From Octopus vulgaris (taxonomy: Eukaryota): 64,000 nucleotides of DNA. Below the pieces are notes generated by a model, which saw only the letters and a list, made by a program, of their open reading frames with translations, made no database searches and was not told the DNA's origin. This document shows, one piece after another, positions 1-11,759 of the stretch (position 1 is its first letter; every line of letters starts with the position of its first letter). Where the stretch lies: NCBI GenBank assembly GCA_951406725.2, contig OX597825.1, positions 48,546,001 through 48,610,000 of the forward strand, written 5' to 3'. Made by a program: the position numbers and the translations under genes.

Positions 1-546
1 TATGCTAGTACAATCACATATACTGTACTTCAACTGCAGAGGTTAGTATAAAGACTATTAGAGTTACCTATTGTACTCATCCAGCTTACATTAACTACAT
101 TCTAACTATGCTTATCCCAACTTTTATGCAGACATAATGTATCTCAGAATACAATTTTAATGTTTATTTCTAGTAGAAGACAGTAAGGTGGTCCATAGTT
201 GTTTAGTGTATCAGTGTTATGTTGGACTGGTTAATTCCCTTGTAAAAATAGGGAAACATTGAAAATACTAATCAACAATCAATTAGAATTTTCTGTTGTC
301 CACATTAGTGTAGTTTTTATAGACTATGGGCTGTGTCCTGCCAACTATTGCTGTTATTGTTGTTCTTTGAATGATCACCTATGAAACCCATAATAAAACT
401 TAAACCTCAACACTGTCTTCAACCGCAGACCATAAAATTCCAGTCCCTCACTGCAACAACTTTCCCTCATCCCCATAAAAATTTAAAAGACTAATTAGAT
501 ATTTGGCTTGAATTCCAAGAATTTGCAAAATAACTGTTAATGTTAC

Positions 547-676
547 CTGGCTGTTACCAGAACATTGCCATCTGAGTCCATGTCTGTTACTAAATCATTG
601 TGACCTTCCAAATTATACACCAGGAACTGACTTCGGTTCCAAACACGTTTTGGCACTTTTGGTTTTATTAATTTAC
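547..676 (-). CDS. WD40-repeat protein, coding exon 4 (first WD40 repeat: ...VYNLEGHNDLVTDMDSDGNVLVTAS); gene continues off the left edge
   Basis: 130-nt open frame with the GH-x-x-x-V WD40 signature, ttctttgattgaAG acceptor and CAG|GTAACA donor. Confidence 0.8.
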
Positions 677-1676
677 CTTCAATCAAAGAAAACAATGGAA
701 TGGTTTAATCTGGACAAACTGAGATAATCTAAACAAGTGTGGTGGTGGTGTAGGTTATGAGAGAGTCTTTCTTAGCTGATGGTTGAGATTATGTTTAGAG
801 ATGGAAAGGAAGATGGTGTTGAGAGTGGTGGTGGTCAGCTGTGAGATTCCAGGACAGTTTATCATGGTATCTGTAAATAGTTTTGTTGTAGATCTCAGTA
901 GTTCAACCTACATTTCACATGTCTTGTGAAAGTGCATTAAAATATTAATATTGCTCAGCACTGCATCTGACTGAGCAGGCCTATGTTCAAAGGTACTCCA
1001 GCCATGAAACTCTCATCTATCAAACGATTTCTCCTTCTCATTTTCTATGATCCTAAGGTGTGATTTGAAAAGTATTTGACTGTTGTTTCTAGTAGGTGGA
1101 GCGGCTACTTAGAAATACCATCCAAATACTGTTGTGCTAATGAAAGTGATGATGAGGATAATATTACTAGTTGGCTCAAATGTTTGTCTTGTGGTTAAGC
1201 TGACATCATGTAGTGGACAAGATCCATCACACACATATACACATGTATACCAATTCTATAGTTAATGTTCTCAGTTGTGATACAGTAGACTTTGATGAAA
1301 AACTTTCCAGCCATGACCATCAAGTTCGTGTTAGATGTAACATATTTAAGACTACATTATTGAATGGGTCCTTCCTTTTTTAGTGACGTAAGAGTTGATA
1401 CTGATGGAAATGTAGTAGCTGTTTTTAGCATGAGTAACTACAGATAGGTTACCTTGGATCATACAGGGGTGGTAGATAAGAGTAGTGATGAGAAGTAACA
1501 GATTCCTCAACAAGTTTCATTACAAAGAACATGGCTTGATATCAGAGCAAAATTGTTGTATGTTGATATGTCATAAGATGAAGAAAAAAATTAATGCTTT
1601 GGGATGATCCCTTCATTAGAATAGAGGTAGTGTGTGTGTAAAGAGAAGATTGATGGATGTCAAGTAATGAACTTAC

Positions 1677-1720
1677 TTTGTGTTGGTGTTGTTTCTTGTA
1701 CACTGATTGTCGTATCATCA
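1677..1720 (-). CDS. WD40-repeat protein, 44-nt coding exon 3 (DDDTTISVQETTPTQ)
   Basis: gttttctttcAG acceptor and GTAAGT donor. Phase 2 in and phase 1 out exactly bridge exon 2 and exon 4, which are otherwise out of phase. Confidence 0.75.
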
Positions 1721-2370
1721 CTGAAAGAAAACATAAGATGGTAGAATGGTATAAGACATAATAATGTAGGATGGCATATAATACGCTAGACAGATATATA
1801 ATACAAGTGTGATACATACATATACACACCCTTGTAAGGTCCATTTTCTTTCTCTCAAGTCTTTATAAACTCTACGCAAACAGAGGAGTTCCTGAAGTAA
1901 ATCCAATGGAATATACAGCCAGACTCTTGTTGACAGTATACTACAAGGTGTTTACCCAAATATAAAATTATTATTTATATGTATTATGTATGCCTAGTGA
2001 CTCTAAAGTTTAGGTACATAGGAAATATCAATAATAACATTGCTGAATAATATCCTTTGCTCACCAGATATTTGTCCCTTTCACATTTTTTTCTCAGGAA
2101 TTCTGATAGAGAAGGTGTACTTAATGTAAATGACATCAATATGAATCATCTGAAGGAACACATCATAAATGAATGAAATCCAAGTGATGGGAATGTGGAG
2201 TTACTGCACTGGGTTCATGTGAGTCTTACAAAGTGCATTGAACTTAGCATCACTAACAGTGGAAACTATGTTGAAAATGTTGTTTGTTAATGTAGTTGAA
2301 TAAAGTTATTGAAAATATATTTTTTCACTTATGTATCCAAACTTCATGGTCACCCTGTATACACACAAAC

Positions 2371-2394
2371 AATAATAATAATAATGATGATAAC

Positions 2395-2456
<62 letters not shown>

Positions 2457-2457
2457 C

Positions 2458-2507
<50 letters not shown>

Positions 2508-2520
2508 TAATAATAATAAT
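2371..2520. repeat. (AAT)n microsatellite
   Basis: Read directly from the sequence. Confidence 0.97.
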
Positions 2521-2869
2521 ACAGTGAAAGGGTATATAATATGCTAGGGTGATATATAACATAACTGTGTGGTATATGATAATGTAAACAGATATACACA
2601 GTAACATGTAACATTTCACTGAAGGTGAAAGTATGTATATATTTGTAACATATACTAGAACATATATGCAGTGTTAAATATACTGGAGAATATATATATA
2701 CACTTGTGTGTGTGTATAGTAAAAAATATATATATATATATACATTGCTAAATATACTAGAAAATATAAACACACACACACACATGTATTGTTAGCTATG
2801 CTGGAGTATATACTTTATTAAATATATTTGAGTGTGCATTTTGTTAAATATATTGCTTCATTCTTTTAT

Positions 2870-3461
2870 TTTCTTTTACTTATCTTAGTAAGGGTTTTAG
2901 TCAAACAAATCAACCCCAGGACTTATTTTTTATAGCCTAGTACTTATTCTATCAGTTTCTTGCTGAACCACTAAGTTACAGGGATGTAAACAAACCAAGA
3001 CCAGTTGTCAAGCAGTGATGGGGAGACAGACACAGATACAAAGACACACACACAAAGATACATACATATATATATATATTTTCTTTTATTTGTTTCAGTT
3101 ATTTGATTGCACCAACTTCAGTTGAATAAATTGACTCTAGGACTTATTCTTTGTAAGCCTAGTACTTATTCTAACAGTCTCTTTTGCTGAACCGTTAAGT
3201 TATGGGGATGTAAACACGCCAACAGTAGTTGTCAAGCAATGACGGGGGTGGGGACAAACACAGACACACAAACATACACACACACACACACATATATACG
3301 ACGGGCTTCTTTCAGTTTCTGTCTACCAAACCCACTCACAAGGCTTTGGTTGGCCCAAGGCTATAGTAGAAGACACTTGCCCAAGGTGCCACACAGTGGG
3401 ACTGAATCCGGAACCATGTTGTTGATAAGCAAGCTACTTATCACACAACCACTCCTGCGCC
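2870..3461 (-). mobile_element. tRNA-derived CORE-type SINE: full copy at about 3080-3461 plus a preceding partial copy
   Basis: Minus-strand head GGCGCAGGAGTGG... with A/B-box-like motifs (GGATTCAGTCCC) and CORE-like CCTTGGGCAAGTG. About 10 homologous copies occur in the window. Confidence 0.85.
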
Positions 3462-3480
3462 TATATATATGTGTGTGTCT

Positions 3481-3826
3481 CGATGCCAGGTCCGCCTAAT
3501 TGGCTCCCGTGCCAGTGGCACGTAAAAATTACCATCCTAATGTGGTTGATGCCAGTGGACCCTGACTGGCTCCCATGTGGATGGCATGTAAAAGGCACTA
3601 TCTGAACGTGATCGATGCCAGGGCCGCCAGACTGGCTCCTGTGCCGGTGGCACGTAAAAACCATCCACTACACTCCCAGAGTGGTAGGCATTAGGAAGGG
3701 CATCCAGCTGTAGAAACATTACCAGATCAGATTGGAACCGCTGGCTTTCCAGACCTTTGTCAAACCTTCCAACCCATGCCAGCATGGAAAATGGATGTTA
3801 AACAATGATGATGATGATGATGACGA
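3481..3826 (+). mobile_element. RTE-LINE 3' UTR fragment ending in (ATG)n
   Basis: Homologous to the RTE tail at 9948-10740 (GGCATTAGGAAGGGCATCCAGC...CCAACCCATGCCAGCATGGAAA). Confidence 0.8.
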
Positions 3827-3996
3827 TATATATACATATATATATACAGTAAAAGCAATTAAGATTCAAGTGAGTTCTGTTGAATTCACATGAATGCGGT
3901 ACTTAACTTAGATGCACCAGAAATCTATATGGTATTAACCATAAGATAATGCGGGGTGATTATAAACAAGAAAAAAGCAACAAAAATGGATCAATA

Positions 3997-4086
3997 TTTT
4001 GGTACAATTGTTTCATACGAAGACCAGCTTTATTAAGGCTGCAAATATTGCAGCAACTACAAGTGACCCGTACTCATCAGCCGAAA
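3997..4086 (-). ncRNA. type I hammerhead ribozyme motif (inverted copy, one stem I mismatch)
   Basis: Minus strand TTTCGG-CTGATGA-GTACG...CGTAT-GAA-ACAATTGT-A-CCAAAA. Confidence 0.75.
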
Positions 4087-4195
4087 AAACATCTGGAAGT
4101 CCGTTTATTATCTAAATTTGATTTTTATAGAACTATCCCTGATGTTTCAGGAGTGTTGCCTCACCCCCTTAGATGTTTGGAGAACTCAGATGTTT

Positions 4196-4285
4196 TTTCG
4201 GCTGATGAGTACGGGTCACTTGTATTTGCTGCAATATTTGCAGCCTTAATAAAGCTGGTCTTCGTATGAAACAATTGTACCGAAA
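4196..4285 (+). ncRNA. type I hammerhead ribozyme motif
   Basis: Stem I TTTCGG(4196)/CCGAAA(4280), core CTGATGA(4202-4208), stem II GTACG/CGTAT, GAAAC(4268), palindromic stem III ACAATTGT, GUA cleavage triplet at 4277-4279. Confidence 0.82.
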
Positions 4286-4339
4286 TATTGATCCATTTTT
4301 ATTGCTTTTTTCTTGGTTATATATATATATATAGTAAAT

Positions 4340-4580
4340 GCCCCAAAAAATGAACAAACACAAAAAAACACAACAATGCAAGGACGTGTTACATGTAAAG
4401 AATTAGCAGACACTCAGGGAAGTAAAGAAAGATGGTTTAATGTTTTGAGCAATGCTCTTCTTCAGAAACAGAGGAAAGTCCAGTAGAAAGGAAGATGGAG
4501 GAAGAAAATTGCCAACAATTCACATGATTAACCCTTGTTCATTTGGAATACGCCATTTCTGCACATTGACCGTGAATCAT
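4340..4580 (-). mobile_element. Penelope-like 3' terminal segment with a decayed minimal hammerhead (4435-4469)
   Basis: Homologous to 31480-31690, which lies downstream of a GIY-YIG PLE ORF. Reads GTTT-CTGAAGA-A-GAGC-att-GCTC-aAAAC-aTT-AAAC. Confidence 0.6.
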
Positions 4581-4710
4581 TATATATATATATATATATA
4601 TATATGATGGACTTCACTCAGCTTCCATTTGTTTCTCTCACTGTTTGCATACCCAAGTTTGTCTTCATATTTTATGCTGTTTACATTTTGTGACGTCCTC
4701 TATCCATATA

Positions 4711-4748
<38 letters not shown>

Positions 4749-4800
4749 AGTATATATGTACATATATGTATGTACGTATGCATATATATATATGTATGTG

Positions 4801-5628
4801 ATCTGATCAATAAGTATCTGGACTGATGCTATAATAACAAAGGTAAAGCATGCAGAGTGAAGCCGCTTGCGCACTAAGTTTTAACGTCCTAGCTCACGTC
4901 TGTTGTTTATAGCAGTGCATGGAAGGAAGGCGTGTAGGGTGTGATTGTCGCACTGACCATGGCAGAGAAAGCTGAGCAGAGAATCATGATCAAATTTTGT
5001 CAAAAGTTTGGCGATATCTGCTAAGAGGCCTACGCTAGGTTTTCAAAACGTTGTCATCATTCTCGACACAATCAAACAGGTCTTGTGCAACTGAAACCTG
5101 AGTGTCCTTTTGCTCAGCTGAAAGCAGTTTTGGTGCAAATTTGGCAGACATGCGTCTCATACCCAAATCTTCAGTGACAATGGACTGAAAAAAACCTTAA
5201 CTAAGATGCATATCCTCTGATAACTCATGGAAGGTGATTTGATGATTTCCCCATGCAGCTGCATGCACATCTGCGATGTTTTTCTCAATTCTGCTGGTTG
5301 CAGGTCACCCAGAGTGGTTGTTAATATCGACATTTTTTGGAAGCACCAGAACCACTTGTACAATTGTGTGTGGCTCATACACTCCATACACTTTCTGCAA
5401 TTTTGCATGGGCCTCTCAGCAGGTACTGCCATGGTCAATGTGATGATCACACACTACACACCTTCCTTCCAGGCACTGCTGTAAACAGTGGAAGTGAGCT
5501 AAAACATTAAAACTTAGTGCACATCCACAGCAGAATCCAAGGTCAGTCTGTGCCAAGTGGCTTCACTCTGCATGCTTTAGTTTCGTTACTATAGCAACAG
5601 TCTGGATACTTATTGATCAAACCTTGTA
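4801..5628. mobile_element. non-autonomous mariner derivative with long inverted ends
   Basis: Terminal inverted repeats (TIRs) TGATCAATAAGTATCTGGACTG.../...CAGTCTGGATACTTATTGATCA with a TA flank. Transposase N-terminal remnants lie on both strands (MAEKAEQRIMIKFC on +). Confidence 0.8.
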
Positions 5629-5764
5629 TGTATATAATAATATGAATAAAATATATATACATATGCATATATACACACATATATGTACATACATACATAT
5701 ACGTATGCATATATGGGTACAGGATGTCACAAAACGTAAACAACACGAAATGTATATATATATA

Positions 5765-6340
5765 TCATCATCATCATCAAATGTCTGCTTTCCATGCTAG
5801 CATGGGTTGGACGATTTGACTGAGGACTGGCAAACCAGATGGCTGCACCAGGCTCCAGTCTGATCTGGCAAAGTTTCTACAGCTGAATGCCCTTCCTAAT
5901 GCCAACCACTCCGAGAAAGTAGTGGGTGCTTTTATGTGCCACCGGCATGAGGGCTAGTCTGGCGGTACTGGCAACGGCCACGCTCTTATATATATATATA
6001 TATATATATATATCGACGGGCCTCCGTGCTGTGGGCACGTAACAAACACCATCCGATCGTGGCCGTTCGCCAGCCTCATCTGGCACCTGTGTCAGTGGCA
6101 CATAAAAACACCATCCGAGCGTGGCCGTCTGCCAGCCTCGTCTGGCACCTGTGTCGGTGGCACATAAAATCACCCACTACACTCTCGGAGTGGTTGGCGT
6201 TAGGAAGGGCATCCAGCTGTAGAAACACTGCCAGATCTGACTGGCCTGGTGCAGCCTTCGGGCTCCCAGACCTCAGTTGAACCGTCCAACCCATGCTAGC
6301 ATGGAAAGCGGACGTTAAATGATGATGATGATGATGATGA
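5765..6340. mobile_element. two RTE 3' tails in inverted orientation separated by (TA)n
   Basis: The (CAT)n-led copy at 5765-5985 and the (ATG)n-ended copy at 6016-6340 are reverse-complement homologues. Confidence 0.85.
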
Positions 6341-6442
6341 TATATATAAGTATATTAAAAGGCTTCTAAAAGAAGAAGCAAGTACTAGATCACAAAAAGT
6401 GGATAAATTCAATGAAATAAAATCAAAAACGTTTACAAACTC

Positions 6443-6525
6443 GGCTCATCTTATACTGCAGTTTCGTCTTTTTTTAGCAGTAAATATAATTTATCTGCCA
6501 AGGCTAGACTCTTCAGTAAGCAGCC
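6443..6525 (-). ncRNA. type I hammerhead ribozyme motif
   Basis: Minus strand CTTA-CTGAAGA-GTCT...AGAC-GAA-ACTGCAGT-A-TAAG: canonical G-C closing stem II, palindromic stem III, GUA triplet, stem I extended by GGCT/AGCC. Confidence 0.8.
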
Positions 6526-7059
6526 TTTGTTATCCTAGAAGTACATTTTGTTAGAAACATGTGCGGTTCTAGCGACTTGCATTCTCTAACTTTTAAGACC
6601 ATTGCGCAGACGCAAAACATACCCGACAAACAGAGGGGTTTCTATACCAGTTTCTATACCAGTTTCATACATACATATACATACACACTCTCATATATAC
6701 AAATATATATATGCATATATATACATGATGTGTATGTGTGTATATCTATAGTAAATATTATCTTGTAGCATATCCTATACCAAATTCTTGTAATAATCTG
6801 TATCCATAATAATAACTGAACGTCCTTTGTCAGCCTCCTTAACAGTTGTGTTTTTGTCACATTGTAAATCTGTTAACCCTTTGTTAGTTACATGGGGTGT
6901 GTTGTCACACCAAATTGTTTTAAACACTCCTAATTTCTAGCTGGCAGCTTATTTTTCTCGTTCCCTTCTTCTACTCTTCCAACTCAGGGAGCTTACTTCC
7001 AAACCATGTGGTTTTGGCTCAGTCCCTGTACATAACACTTTGGGCAAGTGTCTTCTACT

Positions 7060-7450
7060 CTTTCACTTGTTTTAGTAATTTGACTGTGGCCATGCTGGAG
7101 AACCACCTTTAAGGGTTTTTTAGTCAAAGAAATCGACCACAGTACTTATTCGTTGTAAGCCTAGTACTTATTCTATCAGTCTCTTATGCCGAACCACTAA
7201 GTTATGGAGAAGTAAACACACCATCATTGGTTGTCAAGTGATGGTGGGGGGACAAACACAGATACAGACATACACACCTAAATATATATATATATATATA
7301 CGATGGGCTTCTTTCAGTTTCCATCTAGCAAATCCACTCACAAGGCCCTAGGCTACAGCAGAAGACACTTGCCCAAGGAATCACACAGAGGAACTGAACT
7401 TAGAAGCATGTGGTCGGAAAGCAAGCTTCTTACCACACAGCCTGCACCTG
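7060..7450 (-). mobile_element. CORE-type SINE copy with flanking SINE fragments
   Basis: Homology to the other copies. Confidence 0.8.
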
Positions 7451-7898
7451 CAATAGTCCCAGACTGAACAAAGCCTTGTAAGTGGATTTGATAAACGGAA
7501 ACAGAAGGGAATGTGCAGTGTGTGTGTGTATATATGTGCATGTGTGCACACACACATATATGTATGTGTGCCCATTTGCATGTCTGTTTGCGCATACCCT
7601 TGTCTAAATGAGGACTTATTATTTTGAAACAAATATCTGAAAATATTGGTAGCTTTAATCATTATTAGATTATTTATTACAAATCATTGGTCAATAAAAA
7701 GCTAGCACTAATGGGAGTTGACCAGTTTATTTAAAACTAATAAAGTAATTTATTTAGATTTAATGAAATAGTATTTTGCCTCTGTAATGTGCTGTCAGTT
7801 TAACTTTACAGATTCTAATCTAGTTCTTGACAGCTCTGTCAAATTGTGCAAGTATTGTAATTTGCGATCAACCCAACATTATACAATCAAATACTTAC

Positions 7899-8272
7899 TC
7901 AGCTCTGTCAGCGACTTGTTGGTTTTGGGTTTCCAAAGCATCATTTTCTTTCTGTTGAAGGACCTCAGCAGTATCCTTTTGTGATATCTCTGTATCATTT
8001 TGTGATAGCTCTGAATTATTCTGTGATATTAACTCAACTTCAAAGTGTCCATTTTCTTCACAAGATGGAGACAATATTTCTGTTTCTGGTGTTAATTCCT
8101 CGTCAGTGGTTTCAAGTTCTGAGACAAAGTTTCTCTGAGTCATTCCCTGTCCACTGACCAATTCACTTTCAACTTCCGATGTTGCTTGAGAGGCTTCATG
8201 TCTTGCCCAAATTTCAGCTTCTTCAATAAGTAGTTCTCGCAAACGTTTACGGATGCTGTCTCTTTTCTTTAT
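7899..8272 (-). CDS. WD40-repeat protein, coding exon 2 (end of coiled coil plus acidic linker)
   Basis: tttctctatttaAG acceptor, 374-nt open frame IKKRDS...QVADRA, phase-2 GA|GTAAGT donor. Confidence 0.85.
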
Positions 8273-8554
8273 CTTAAATAGAGAAATTACATAAAAAAGA
8301 ACACACATACAGCATTACATCCAATATTTCAAGTGCCTTAAGATCAAAAAGTGTATTGATTTAATTAAATTGTGTTATAGTTGGAAGGTGTGTTTGTTAA
8401 CACTGTGAGTGGTGGCATCTCTTGCAGATATTGACCTTTTTCTGAGTGTTAACCCCTCAACTGTGAAGTAGAAGGTGCATTCAGAGAAATTCTTACAAAC
8501 ATTTCTAGGGAAAAAGAGTGCACTACGAGTTGTCCTCATCCTTCTCTTCCTTAT

Positions 8555-8775
8555 CATCATCATCATCATCATCATTTTTAATGTTTGGGTTCCATGCTAG
8601 CATGGGTTGGGCAGTTTGACAGGGTTTGAGGAGTTGGAGGTGACATCTTGCTCGAATGTCTGTTTTGGCATATTCTGTACGATTGGATGCCCTTCCTAAC
8701 AACAACCAATTTACAAAGTGTACTGGTTTCATTATTCATGGCATCAGTACTGGTTGATCCCCTTGTTACTGGCAA
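8555..8775 (-). mobile_element. RTE 3' tail fragment
   Basis: (CAT)n followed by TTCCATGCTAGCATGGGTTGG and GGATGCCCTTCCTAA motifs. Confidence 0.75.
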
Positions 8776-9539
8776 AGCTAAGGATCTAAAACAGCTCCGG
8801 TAACTAAGTAAGAACAGAAGAGGGAAGCTGGGGTAGTAGGGCAAGGAAAAAAGAGAAACAGAAGTAACAAGGTTAAGAAAAAGGGAGGGACAGAGTGAGT
8901 TGTGTAAGGAAGATGTTTGGGACTATCCAACATTATAAGTGAGGACAGGTGTGAAGGAATCAGAATAGGAAGGGAGCAACAGACTAGGGTGGAGAGGAAA
9001 TCTGAGTGAATCACTGAAAGACAGAAAGGTATGAATGGGTATACTCAGAGGGGGAAAGAAGGGCAAGGGTGTGAGGAAACAGAGAATGTGAAGTGGAGAG
9101 GCTGTGTGAAAGTAGGTTGCTGGTGAGTGGTGAGATGCAGATGTTGGAGGGTACCAGAGAAGTAGGAAGAAGAGGAAGAGCATAGTTTGAATGTTGCAAA
9201 AGAAACATAGATAGGGAGGAAACGGAGAAGAAGGAAAGAATGATCAGGGAAACTGTGGGTTGGTAGATACAAGGGAAAAAAGGGCTACAGGGTATTCTAG
9301 ATGTGTAAGGGCAGATTGTGAGATAAAAGTAAGAAGTGTTGGGTGGCAATAGATGTAATTCAAGAAAGAATGTGTTGTGAGTGATGAAGAGATGGAAGTC
9401 GCAGTGGGAAGATGTAAGGTGAGAGATAGAAGGTGGGCTTAGTGGAAAGCAGTATATATAAATACACCCATACATATATATGTTAATCTTCTTAATCTTA
9501 AATCTTAAGTTGGTGGGTGGGTCCATGGGTGGAGAGGTC

Positions 9540-9900
9540 TTCTGTAGCAACACATATCACAAGTTGGTACAGTTCTTCGTCATTCCCGCCATGAAATGTT
9601 GCATCTTCAGTTCAGTCTTCACTACTTTGTCCTAAGTCTTCCTCTTCTTCATGTAACTCTTAGAGAGCTCAGCGCTTTGTATACACAATCATAAGCCTCC
9701 TTTCTTTTAACCTGGTTTCTCTTAACTCATTTGTACTCTAGCTTTCATGCATACTCACATTATATATCCATCAGAGCATGCCAGCTTCATTTCTTTTGAG
9801 CCTTTGTAAATTTTCAGCATTCAAAGCCCATGTCTTGCTACTGTGCAGCATAACAATACTAGCATAGGCATCATACAATCTGCCCTTCACTCTAAGGGAA
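9540..9900 (-). pseudogene. degraded RTE ORF C-terminal fragment
   Basis: Minus strand reads LRVKGRLYDA...MLHSSKTWAL, with frameshifts. Confidence 0.55.
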
Positions 9901-9947
9901 GAAAGGCCAAAAATATGGCTAAAGGAAAATACCTGAGGGGAGTGTTC

Positions 9948-11145
9948 AGCATCATCATCATCATCATCATCATTTAGCGTCCGCTTTCCATGCTAGCATG
10001 GGTTGGACGGGTCAACTGGGGTCTGTGAAGCTGGAAGGCTTCGTCAGGCCCAGTCAGATCTGGCAGTGTTTCTACGGCTGGATGCCCTTCCTAACGCCAA
10101 CCACTCCGCGAGTGTAGTGGGTGTTTTTTACGTGCCACCTGCACAGGTGCCAGACAGAGCTGGCGAACGGCCACGAACGGATGGTGCTTTTACGTGTCAC
10201 CGGCACGGGGCCAGGCGATGCTGGCAACGGACACGAACGGATGGTGCTTTTACGTGCCACCGACACGGGGCCAGACAGAGCTGGCAAACGGCCACGAACG
10301 GACGGTGCTTTTACGTGCCACTGGCACGGGGGCCAGCTGAGGCTGGCAACGGACGCGAACGGATGGTGCTTTTACGTGCCACCGACACGGTTGCCAGACA
10401 GAGCTGGCAAACGGCCACGAACGGACGGTGCTTTTATGTGTCACCGGCACGGGGGCCAGCCGAGGCTGGCAACAGACACGAATGGATGGTGCTTTTACGT
10501 GCCACCGACACGGGGCCAGACAGAGCTGGCAAACGGCCACGAATGGACGGTGCTTTTACATGTCACCGGCACGGGGCCAGGCGAGGCTGGCAGCGAACAC
10601 GAACGGATGGTGCTTTTACGTGCCACCGACACGGGGGCCAGGCAGAGCTGGCAAATGGCCACGAGCGAATGGTGCTTTTACGTATCACCGGCATGGGTGC
10701 CAGACGAGGCTGACAGCGGACACGAACAGATGGGTCACTTAACCCCTGCTTTCTGATATATGATTTGATTTTGATTGTTCTCACTGGTCTTGCCGGGTCT
10801 TCTGACGCACAGCATACTTCCATAGGTCTCGGTCTCTGGTCATTTCCTTGGTGAGACCTAGAGTTTGAAGGTCGTGCTTCACCACCTCGACCCAGGTTTT
10901 CCTGGGTCTACCTCTTCCACAGGTCCCCTCAACTTCCAGGGTGTGGCACTTTTTCACACACCTATTTTCATCCATTCTCGCCACATGCCATACCAGCGAA
11001 ATCGTCTCTCTTGCACACAACATCTGATGCCTCTTAGGTCCAACTTTTCTCTCAAGGTACTTACACTCTGTCGACTATGAACACTGACATTACACATCCA
11101 ACGGAGCATACTAGCTTAATTTCTCGCGAGCTTACGCATGTCAGC
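9948..11145 (-). mobile_element. 5'-truncated RTE LINE: ORF C-terminus (to 10781), 3' UTR with tandem array, (ATG)n tail
   Basis: HVARMDENRCVKKC...GRGRPRKTW...RDRDLWK is the typical RTE C-terminus. Confidence 0.9.
10149..10735. repeat. about 61-bp tandem array of 10 units with alternating A/B variants
   Basis: GCCAG-N6-CTGGC unit starts at 10149, 10210, 10270, 10332, 10393, 10455, 10515, 10576, 10637 and 10699. Confidence 0.95.
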
Positions 11146-11759
11146 ATATTAAATATAAATATGGAAAGTGTCTCACATATGTAATATGTTGAGTTGAAGA
11201 ACTTTATCTAGAATTATACAAGCAAATACAGTTTATAAAGTATTTATAGCTATCTCTTGGTGATAGAACCATTTCTACTGCCATTAAGATTTTTTTTGTA
11301 ATTTCTTTTGATTTTATTTTCAACCTTCCCAACTTTTAATATTGAAGGAGAGATTGAGCTGATAATTTTGTAGGATTGACAGCATATTTATCACTAAACA
11401 AAGTGAATTAGAAGCTTGGCTGAATACACATGATATTGCTATTCTTTTGTCAGTTACTAATCTCTCTGATTCTAAAGAGCTTATTGATGAGGAGCAGACT
11501 AACTTCAAAACATCAAGCAGTGCTAAAATTAATGATGGCAAAGGAAACTAAACTGAGTTCAAACTTGGTTTTGTTTATATTCCCTAATTACAAACCCTAC
11601 TGAGTAGTTGAGTGTGTGACTCAGCTTCATTATTGGTTGATTTCCTTCATCAAGAAAATCTCAGTCTATAAGACAAAGAAAGGACCAAATGATAGTTAAA
11701 AATATTTTAAACTTCTGCAAAACTGGAGAAAGTATTATAAATTTGTAGTGATATATGAA

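Noticed and set aside
2065-2150. Candidate minus-strand exon with good splice signals
   Set aside because: In-frame stops in the phase required to join exon 2 to the WD40 exon.
8790-9450. Purine-rich stretch with minus-strand Pro/Ser/Leu-rich ORFs
   Set aside because: Compositional low-complexity sequence without splice or domain support.
10003-10756. Overlapping 236-, 211- and 104-aa ORFs, or a CRISPR-like array
   Set aside because: Stop-free by-product of a GC-rich tandem repeat in an RTE 3' UTR; no unique spacers and no cas genes.
11374-11551. Plus-strand open frame of about 58 codons (IDSIFITKQSELEAWL...) after an acceptor-like TTTTGTAG
   Set aside because: No recognisable domain or partner exons; probably an old transposon remnant or chance.
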